From positions 1 to 25,943 of the forward strand of contig JBILGJ010000001.1 in the NCBI GenBank assembly GCA_044351125.1: a DNA stretch of 25,943 bases, in the 5' to 3' direction. This DNA comes from Micropepsaceae bacterium (GTDB taxonomy: Bacteria; Pseudomonadota; Alphaproteobacteria; Micropepsales; Micropepsaceae). The notes under the pieces are model-generated. The model was not told the DNA's origin, ran no database searches, and saw nothing but the letters and a program-made list of their open reading frames with translations. How positions within the stretch are numbered: position 1 is the first letter of the stretch; the number at the start of each line of letters is the position of its first letter. This document shows positions 19,086 through 25,943 of this stretch, piece after piece. The translations under genes and the position numbers were made by a program.

Positions 19086-20003
19086 ATGAATGAAGACCCC
19101 GAGATTAGCCCCCGAGAGGGGCGAAGTAAATCCGATGCACCGCTGGCCGGGGGCCTCTACCTGGTCGCGACCCCGATCGGAAATGCGCGCGATCTGACGC
19201 TGCGCGGGCTGGATGTGTTGCAGCAGGCCGACCGACTCTATGCAGAAGACACCCGCGTGACCGCCAAGTTGCTCGCCATGCATGCAATCGGACGGCCCTT
19301 GCACTCATACCGCGAGCACAATGCGCAGGCGATGGATGACAGGATTTTAAGGGAACTCGAGCAAGGGCTCAGCGTCGCCATCGTCAGCGACGCCGGCACC
19401 CCGTTGGTCTCCGATCCGGGGCAGTCCCTGGTCGAGCGGGCAACCGAAGCGGGCATGCGCATCATTCCCGTCCCCGGCGCCTCGGCAGTCCTCGCAGCCC
19501 TGACAGCCTCGGGATTGCCGGCTGGCCGGTTCTTCTTTGCCGGTTTCCTCGCGGTAAGATCCAATGAACGGCGCAGGGAAATCCGCGCTCTCGAACACAT
19601 TCCCGCGACGCTGGTCTTCTTCGAAGCCCCCTCGCGCCTCGTGGAGATGCTGCACGATCTCAAGGCCGTGCTCGGAGACCGCGAGGCCTGCGTGGCCCGT
19701 GAACTGACGAAGCTGCACGAGGACATCAGGCGCTGCCCACTTGATGCCTTGATTGCTCACTACGAAGCCGAACCGCAGGTCAGGGGCGAAATCGTGGTCC
19801 TCGTCGCGCCGCCGGCCGCGGATGAAGCAGCAACAATGACGGCGGACAATGAAGCAAGGCTGGATGCGCGATTGCTGGCAGTCATGAAGGACCATCCTGT
19901 GAAGGAGGCCGCCGCCATCGTGGCAGCCGAGCAGGGGCTTCCGCGCAGGACCGTCTACGCCCGCGCGCTGGTATTGAAGAAGGCTGATGAAGGCACGGCG
20001 TGA
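19086..20003 (+). CDS. rsmI: 16S rRNA (cytidine1402-2'-O)-methyltransferase
   Basis: LYLVATPIGNARDLTLR, AEDTR, VSDAGTPLVSDPG, FFEAP, VARELTKLHE, GEIVVLV. True ATG at 19086. Confidence 0.96.
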   Translation: MNEDPEISPREGRSKSDAPLAGGLYLVATPIGNARDLTLRGLDVLQQADRLYAEDTRVTAKLLAMHAIGRPLHSYREHNAQAMDDRILRELEQGLSVAIVSDAGTPLVSDPGQSLVERATEAGMRIIPVPGASAVLAALTASGLPAGRFFFAGFLAVRSNERRREIRALEHIPATLVFFEAPSRLVEMLHDLKAVLGDREACVARELTKLHEDIRRCPLDALIAHYEAEPQVRGEIVVLVAPPAADEAATMTADNEARLDARLLAVMKDHPVKEAAAIVAAEQGLPRRTVYARALVLKKADEGTA

Positions 20004-20361
20004 ACAGGCAAGGGCAAGGGGAACGGCGGCGGAATGGTTCGCGGCTTTTTGGCTCCGGCTCAAGGGTTATCGCATACTTGCGCGGCAGTTTCGCGCCAAT
20101 GGCGGAGAACTCGACGTCGTCGCGTTAACGCCCCGTTGGAAATCGCCCTGCACAATCATATTTGTCGAGGTGAGGACACGTGGGACGCTGGCTGACGCCA
20201 TCGCATCCGTGGGAAGCACCAAGAGGGCACGGGTCGAGCGTGCGGCAAGGCAGTTCTGCGCCCGAAGCCCGTCCCTCGGAAAGCTGCCGCGCCGATTCGA
20301 TCTCGTGGTTCTGGCAGAGACGGGTTGGCCACGCCACATACAGGACGCATGGAGGACTTGA
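19987..20361 (+). CDS. yraN: YraN/UPF0102 family protein
   Basis: GTAAEWFAAFWLRLKGYRILA..GELDVVA..FVEVRTR..RFDLV; position after rsmI. Confidence 0.9.
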   Translation: MKARREQARARGTAAEWFAAFWLRLKGYRILARQFRANGGELDVVALTPRWKSPCTIIFVEVRTRGTLADAIASVGSTKRARVERAARQFCARSPSLGKLPRRFDLVVLAETGWPRHIQDAWRT

Positions 20362-20979
20362 GTGAACAGGTTCAGGCAGGCAATCGCGTTGATCCTCGCA
20401 GCAACGCTGCTGGCAGGCTGCGTGGGTGTGCAATTCAATGCACAGGAGCGATCCCTGCCCAACGCCGTGGGCGACCTGCGTATCCAGACGACCTTCAATG
20501 CGCGGCTCATCGCCGAAAGCACGACACTGTTTGCAAAGGTCGACTCAACCGTCACCGAAGGCCGCATGCATGTCACCGGCACGGTGCCGACCGTGGAAGA
20601 CCGGCAGAAGGTCACGAGGATCGCCTGGTCCATTCCCTCCGTGACCGAGGTGATCAACGATGTCGAGGTCATCGCGTCAGCCGGCATCGTCGACGAGGCG
20701 AAGGATCGCTGGATCACTGCCAGGTTGCGCAGCCTGCTGATCGCCGACGGTTCGATCAGGGACTCCAATTACGCGATCGACACCAGCAACGGCACCATCT
20801 ACCTCAACGGCATCGCTCAGGACGAGGCCGAGCGCAAACGTGTGCTGCGTCACGCCGGCTCGATCGGCGAAGCCCGCAAGGTCGTCGACCATGTCATCAT
20901 GAAAGATGACCCGCGCCGGCAGGAAACCGGTTCAACGACCATCGCACGCGACGAAACCGCGCCGGGGGCAGGTCCATGA
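20362..20979 (+). CDS. Dual-BON-domain lipoprotein (DolP/YraP-like)
   Basis: GTG start with SD ggagg, lipobox LAGC, two BON-like repeats (VTEGRMHVTG; TSNGTIYLNG). Confidence 0.88.
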   Translation: MNRFRQAIALILAATLLAGCVGVQFNAQERSLPNAVGDLRIQTTFNARLIAESTTLFAKVDSTVTEGRMHVTGTVPTVEDRQKVTRIAWSIPSVTEVINDVEVIASAGIVDEAKDRWITARLRSLLIADGSIRDSNYAIDTSNGTIYLNGIAQDEAERKRVLRHAGSIGEARKVVDHVIMKDDPRRQETGSTTIARDETAPGAGP

Positions 20980-21809
20980 TATTGGGCCCCGCACAACTCA
21001 TCGAAAATCTGCGCGAGATCGGGCAGGCAACAGACGCAGCGATCCCCGTGGGGCACGCAGCACTCTACTTGTCCGCCCTCGATCACCCGGGCATCAACCT
21101 CGCCCCGTACATTCAGCACCTCGACCAGATGGAAGCTGACGCAAGAGAGCGCATTCCCGCCCTGCGCCGCGGCATGTCCGAAACCGAGGCCATCGCCCGC
21201 ATCCTGTCCGACACCATTGCCAACCGTCACGGCTATGCCGGTGATCACGACACATTCGACGACCCGCAGAACGCCGACCTCATTCGCGTGATCGACCGCC
21301 GGCGCGGCCTGCCCGTGTCCCTGGGGATCCTTTACCTCGAGATTGCCCGGCGCCTCGGTGTCAGGGCGCAGGGCATGAACACGCCAGGCCACTTCCTGAT
21401 GCGGGTCGGCGAAGGCGAGCAGGCAAGGATCCTCGACCCCTTCAACGGTGGGCTTGTGCTTGCCGCCGATGATCTGCGCCCCTTGGGCCCGGCGCAGGGC
21501 GTTACTGCGCCGGAATATGGGCCGGCCGAGAACCGCGAGGTGTTGCTGCGCCTGCTGAACAACATCCGTTCGCGCGCGCTCGCCAGCAAGGACATGCGCC
21601 GCGTGCTCGAGATAGCCGAGCGCATGGTGCTGGTGTCGCCGCGCCAGCCCGACCTCTGGCTCGACCTTTCGCGCGCGAACGAGGCCACTGGAAAGCTCAA
21701 GGGCGCAATCCAGGCTGCGCAGACATGCATTGCCCTGGCTGACAGGGAATCGGTCGAGGGCCGCGAGGCGACCTTCTCGCTTGCGAGCCTGCGCCGGCGA
21801 CTGAATTGA
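20976..21809 (+). CDS. SirB1-like transglutaminase-fold protein with C-terminal TPR-like helices
   Basis: [61 protein letters not shown] motifs. Confidence 0.85.
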   Translation: MILGPAQLIENLREIGQATDAAIPVGHAALYLSALDHPGINLAPYIQHLDQMEADARERIPALRRGMSETEAIARILSDTIANRHGYAGDHDTFDDPQNADLIRVIDRRRGLPVSLGILYLEIARRLGVRAQGMNTPGHFLMRVGEGEQARILDPFNGGLVLAADDLRPLGPAQGVTAPEYGPAENREVLLRLLNNIRSRALASKDMRRVLEIAERMVLVSPRQPDLWLDLSRANEATGKLKGAIQAAQTCIALADRESVEGREATFSLASLRRRLN

Positions 21810-21822
21810 CGCCGTCCCGCAT

Positions 21823-21843
21823 GACGCGCTCCGGTTGCGCGTC
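21823..21843. terminator. 7-bp GC hairpin just after the SirB1-like gene
   Basis: gacgcgc-tccggtt-gcgcgtc; no U-tract. Confidence 0.25.
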
Positions 21844-21891
21844 CTTGCCTGCCGGACTAGGCTTCATTGCGAACACGGGAACCCGCCGCCG

Positions 21892-22875
21892 ATGTCTCTG
21901 ACCGTTGCAATCCAGATGGACCCGATCGAGCGGATCGATATCGGCGGGGACTCGACATTCGCCCTCGCGCTCGAAGCGCAGAAGCGTGGTCACAGGCTCT
22001 GGTATTACCTGCCGAAGACGCTGGCGCAGCGCGGGACCGAGACATTTGCCTTCAGCGCCCACGAGCTTGCCGTACGCAACGAACGCGGAAATCACTTCAC
22101 GTTGGGCGCCCCGCAGCAACTCGACCTCGGCCGGATGGACGTTGTCCTGCTGCGCCAGGACCCGCCTTTCGACATGTCCTACATCACGACGACCCACCTG
22201 CTCGAACGCCTTCCGCCCAGCGTCCTCGTCGTGAACGACCCCTGGTGGGTGCGCAACTCACCCGAGAAGATTTTTGTAACAGAATTTCCCGACCTCATGC
22301 CGCCGACCCTCATCACGGCGGACCCCAATGCCATCCGCGCCTTCCGTGCCGAGCACGGCGACATAGTCGTTAAACCATTGTACGGCAACGGGGGTAGCGG
22401 CGTTTTCCGCATAAGGCCCGAGGACGAGAACCTGAACACCATCCTCGAATTCTTCGCAAGTTTCGTGAAGGAGCCGATGACAGTTCAGCGATACGTGCCA
22501 CAAGTTCGCCAGGGCGATAAGCGCATCATCCTCGTCGACGGGGAACCGGTTGGTGCCATCAACCGCGTCCCGGCCGCAGGAGAGGCGCGTTCAAACATGC
22601 ATGTAGGCGGAAGACCTGAAAAGACAGCACTCACGCCAAGGGAGCAGGAAATCTGTCGCCGCATCGGCCCTGAGCTGAAGGACAGGGGGCTTGTCTTCAC
22701 GGGCATCGACGTGATCGGCGACTGGCTGACCGAGATCAACGTCACCTCGCCAACCGGCATCTGGGAGATCCGTCGCTTTGACGGCACGGATATTGCCGCT
22801 TTGGTCTGGGACGCCATCGAGCGCCGCGTCACCGGGCGCAGTGCTGCCACGCGCGGGACCAGCCCCCGGGCATGA
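21892..22875 (+). CDS. gshB: Glutathione synthetase
   Basis: [69 protein letters not shown] at 21892. Confidence 0.97.
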   Translation: MSLTVAIQMDPIERIDIGGDSTFALALEAQKRGHRLWYYLPKTLAQRGTETFAFSAHELAVRNERGNHFTLGAPQQLDLGRMDVVLLRQDPPFDMSYITTTHLLERLPPSVLVVNDPWWVRNSPEKIFVTEFPDLMPPTLITADPNAIRAFRAEHGDIVVKPLYGNGGSGVFRIRPEDENLNTILEFFASFVKEPMTVQRYVPQVRQGDKRIILVDGEPVGAINRVPAAGEARSNMHVGGRPEKTALTPREQEICRRIGPELKDRGLVFTGIDVIGDWLTEINVTSPTGIWEIRRFDGTDIAALVWDAIERRVTGRSAATRGTSPRA

Positions 22876-24395
22876 CCGTCGCACATGTTTCGACAGTGGC
22901 CTTCGTCGGTATCGAGGCGAGGGAGGTCGACGTCCAGGTTCACATGGCCGAGGCCGCGGGCGAGAACCCCGGTCGCATGGCGATCGTCGGCCTGCCCGAC
23001 AAGGCCGTCGCAGAAAGCCGCGAGCGCGTGCGCGCAGCCCTTCACGCGATTGGGCTCGCGCTGCCCTTCAAGCGGATCACGGTCAATTTGTCCCCGGCGG
23101 ACCTGCCCAAGGAGGGCAGTCACTACGACGTACCCATTGCCCTGGGTCTGCTGGCGGCAATGGGCGTCCTGCCTTCGCTTGAGATGGCGACGTGCCTTGC
23201 CATGGGCGAACTGTCGCTGGATGGCGCAATGGTTCCGGTCGCAGGCGTGCTCCCGGCGGCCATCAAGGCGCTGGAGCTCGAGCGGACCTTCATTTGTCCC
23301 GAGGCTGCGGGCCCTGAGGCGGCTTGGGCCGAGGGATTGCAGGTCATTGCTGCGCCAACGCTGGTCGCCCTGGTCAACCACCTGAAGGGCGTGCAGGTCC
23401 TCAGTCCGCCAAGGCCGCGCCTCGCCGAAGACAACCTCTCAGTGCCCGACCTGCGCGACGTGAAGGGACAGGAAACCGCAAAGCGCGCGCTCGAGGTCGC
23501 CGCCGCAGGCGGCCACAATCTTCTGATGATCGGGCCGCCGGGCGCAGGCAAGTCCATGCTGGCAGCACGCCTGCCTGGCCTCTTGCCCGCACTTGACCCG
23601 CGCGAAGCGCTTGAGGTCTCGATGGTCCAGAGCCTTGCCGGCGAACTCAAGAACGGCGCGATCGGCCGCAGGCGTCCCTTCCGCGCGCCGCACCATTCCG
23701 CAAGCATGGCGGCCCTTGTGGGCGGTGGTATCCGCGCGCGGCCCGGCGAAGTAAGTCTGGCACATCTGGGCGTTCTCTTCCTCGATGAATTGCCCGAGTT
23801 CCAGCGCCAGGTCCTCGAATCGCTGCGCCAGCCACTCGAGACCGGCGAAACACTGGTCGCACGCGCCAACGCGCATGTGCGCTATCCAAGCCGCGTGCAG
23901 CTTGTCGCCGCGATGAACCCCTGCCGCTGTGGCTACATGACCGAGGCTGATCGTGCCTGCGGACGCGCCCCAAAGTGCGGCGCCGATTACCAGGCGCGCC
24001 TGTCAGGGCCGCTTCTCGATCGCATCGACCTTCATGTCGAGGTCTCGCCCGTCAGTGCGCAGGACCTGGCCCTTCCGCCACCCGCTGAAGGCTCGAGCGA
24101 TGTCGCCCGCCGCGTGGGTGCTGCCCGCGCGATCCAGTCCCAGCGTTACAGGGACACGGCCGTCCGGACAAATGCCGAGGCCGATGGCGTTCTTCTGGCG
24201 CGCGTCGCTGCGCCCGACGACGCAGGTCAGGCCCTGCTGGTAAAGGCCGTGGAGACACTGAAGCTTTCTGCCCGCGGCTACCACAGGGTCCTGCGCGTGG
24301 CGCGAACCCTCGCTGATCTTGAGGGCAGGGCTCAGGTGTCCCGCCCGCACATCGCCGAGGCGCTGTCCTATCGCAGGCTGCAGCTCGCAGCTTGA
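22872..24395 (+). CDS. comM: YifB/ComM Mg-chelatase-like AAA+ ATPase
   Basis: [81 protein letters not shown]. Confidence 0.94.
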   Translation: MTVAHVSTVAFVGIEAREVDVQVHMAEAAGENPGRMAIVGLPDKAVAESRERVRAALHAIGLALPFKRITVNLSPADLPKEGSHYDVPIALGLLAAMGVLPSLEMATCLAMGELSLDGAMVPVAGVLPAAIKALELERTFICPEAAGPEAAWAEGLQVIAAPTLVALVNHLKGVQVLSPPRPRLAEDNLSVPDLRDVKGQETAKRALEVAAAGGHNLLMIGPPGAGKSMLAARLPGLLPALDPREALEVSMVQSLAGELKNGAIGRRRPFRAPHHSASMAALVGGGIRARPGEVSLAHLGVLFLDELPEFQRQVLESLRQPLETGETLVARANAHVRYPSRVQLVAAMNPCRCGYMTEADRACGRAPKCGADYQARLSGPLLDRIDLHVEVSPVSAQDLALPPPAEGSSDVARRVGAARAIQSQRYRDTAVRTNAEADGVLLARVAAPDDAGQALLVKAVETLKLSARGYHRVLRVARTLADLEGRAQVSRPHIAEALSYRRLQLAA

Positions 24396-24574
24396 TCTGC
24401 CGGACATCCGGCAAGGCCCCTGATTTTGTGCCCGGCTGTGACGGCCGCCGCAAAGTCATGTGGACGACGCCCTTGTCCATCAACCGCCTGCAGGCGCAGA
24501 ATCCGGCGAACTGCGCCGCTTTTGCATCACGGACCCGTGCTAGCCTGCCGCGCAAAATTTCATGAGAGGAACCG

Positions 24575-25087
24575 ATGACCCGCTTTCTTTACCTGCTGAC
24601 ACAGCCCGGTGTGATTTCGACGGGGCTCTTGGGGACCATGCTTCAGGTCGGCCTGGCATTTGCCAACTCGTTCAACGTCGCTGGTGCTGCGGACCTTCTC
24701 ATGAGCTATGGCCTTACGGGCCAGCTCGCGTCCGGAGGCCTGATCGCGGCCCTGATCGGCATGTACTACTCGGCGACGCGTCGCGGTACGAGCCAGGCGA
24801 CGGCTGCCGGGGCTGGAGCGGTGGCGGGCGGCATCTCCGGTACACTTGGGACCTCGATCACCCAGGCCTTGGGCTGGACCGCCATAGCCGAGGGCGCAGC
24901 GCCGCTGCTGAACTTCACCTCCATCATGACGGCGCTGACCGGGGCAGTGACGACGGGCGACCCGTCGCTTCCGATGGGAAGCGATCCGATGTTCGACCCC
25001 ATGGCCCTGTCCCAGGTCTTCGGCACCACGGCCGCCGGCGGCGGCATCGGCGCAATGCTCGTCCGCGGACTGCTGTCCGGCAAGTGA
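24575..25087 (+). CDS. Orphan Gly/Ala/Thr-rich multi-pass membrane protein (170 aa)
   Basis: SD gagagga before the ATG; G/C-ending codons like neighbouring genes; about 10 charged residues; sits alone between comM and a downstream hairpin. Confidence 0.78.
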   Translation: MTRFLYLLTQPGVISTGLLGTMLQVGLAFANSFNVAGAADLLMSYGLTGQLASGGLIAALIGMYYSATRRGTSQATAAGAGAVAGGISGTLGTSITQALGWTAIAEGAAPLLNFTSIMTALTGAVTTGDPSLPMGSDPMFDPMALSQVFGTTAAGGGIGAMLVRGLLSGK

Positions 25088-25148
25088 AACTCTGGCACCT
25101 GACACCAGTGCCCGTCAGAGCCGCGATTAAGGAAACCTAAATTCAAGA

Positions 25149-25177
25149 CTGCGAGGGTCCGGTCAAGACCCTCGCAG
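25149..25177. terminator. 11-bp perfect hairpin downstream of the orphan gene
   Basis: ctgcgagggtc-cggtcaa-gaccctcgcag; no U-tract on +, a partial one (tcttgaattt) on -. Confidence 0.5.
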
Positions 25178-25207
25178 GAACACCGCGCCTTGCCGCCCAT
25201 TCACAGA

Positions 25208-25943
25208 ATGCTGTCAATCATCGCGCTGACGGTGCTGCTCTCCACCGGCATCAGCAGGATGCTGTGGGAAGGTGCGATCCCCCACGGAAGCGTGATCACG
25301 ATCGCAGTCGTGTCGATTGCCTGCTTCTCCGTTCTCCTCTTTCTTCTGCTGACTGCCCAGCGTCGTGCCGATCAGCTTGATGATCGGACAATTGAACTCG
25401 CCCAGCTCAAGCGCGAACTCGAGAGCACAGTAAGCACCCTCCAGAGCCGCAACCAGGAAATCGAGCTGAGCGAGCGGCGTTATCGCACGCTCGTTGACCA
25501 GCAGGGCAACATCATCCTGCGCAAGTCTCCGGAAGGTCGTCTCACCCTGGTCAACGACGCATTCTGCAGGACCTTCGGCGTGAAGCGGGAAGAATCCCTT
25601 GGTCGTGTCTTTGCACCCCGCCTCCATCCCGACGAGCTCAGCGAACCGGCGAAGCTGGCAACCGGAAGCATGGAAGAGACGAGCCCGAAATATACGCAGT
25701 GCGTACAGACTGCCATGGGCTGGCGCTGGATCGCATGGGAAGAGCACGCCATCTGGGACGAGCGCGGCAGGCTGTCGGAGATCCAGAGCGTCGGGCGCGA
25801 CGTCACTGACTGGCGCAGGCTCGAGGTCGCGCTGCGTGAGGCGCGTGACAAGGCCGAGGGTGCCAACCGCGCCAAGTCCATGTTCCTGGCAACGATGAGC
25901 CACGAAATCCGGACGCCGATGAATGGCGTGATCGGCATGACGG
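25208..25943 (+). CDS. Membrane-anchored PAS histidine kinase, N-terminal part (runs off the window; absent from the ORF track)
   Basis: Translated by hand: two hydrophobic segments, coiled coil, PAS/PAC ([12 protein letters not shown]...[10 protein letters not shown]...QSVGRDVTD), H-box [19 protein letters not shown]. Alternative TTG start at 25190. Confidence 0.93.
   Translation, partial: MLSIIALTVLLSTGISRMLWEGAIPHGSVITIAVVSIACFSVLLFLLLTAQRRADQLDDRTIELAQLKRELESTVSTLQSRNQEIELSERRYRTLVDQQGNIILRKSPEGRLTLVNDAFCRTFGVKREESLGRVFAPRLHPDELSEPAKLATGSMEETSPKYTQCVQTAMGWRWIAWEEHAIWDERGRLSEIQSVGRDVTDWRRLEVALREARDKAEGANRAKSMFLATMSHEIRTPMNGVIGMT

Noticed and set aside
24575-25943. Horizontally acquired island at the right end
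   Set aside because: No integrase, tRNA, att-like repeat or visible compositional shift; codon style matches the core genes by eye.

Overview
GC-rich, chromosomal-looking window with alphaproteobacterial gene content and order; mostly housekeeping. In order: MarR regulator, NUDIX hydrolase, a lipoprotein and an EI24/CysZ-like protein, PfkB kinase, DUF4345-like protein, stand-alone hisE, a Zn/Mn ABC operon (unannotated 34-aa leader ORF, ATPase, permease, binding protein, COG0523 GTPase, WD40 protein), dnaJ-dnaK-grpE-hrcA, rph-rdgB-hemW, LppC/LpoA-like lipoprotein with rsmI-yraN-BON-SirB1-like-gshB-comM/yifB, a Gly-rich membrane orphan, and the 5' part of a PAS histidine kinase running off the right edge. 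I see no transposase, integrase, CRISPR array, tRNA/rRNA or recognisable defence gene. The main unexplained structure is non-coding: two intergenic clusters (108-369, 4124-4504) of a 150-158 bp four-hairpin repeat built from two diverged inverted homologues that alternate (BIME-like), with compensatory substitutions. The first cluster is bracketed by inverted copies of a second, 34-bp REP family. Other leads: the coupled small ORF in the metal operon, a perfect 19-bp palindrome filling the spacer of the dnaK sigma32-type promoter, and two orphan membrane proteins. All family assignments come from motif recognition by eye, not database searches. I cannot claim a new system from sequence alone.
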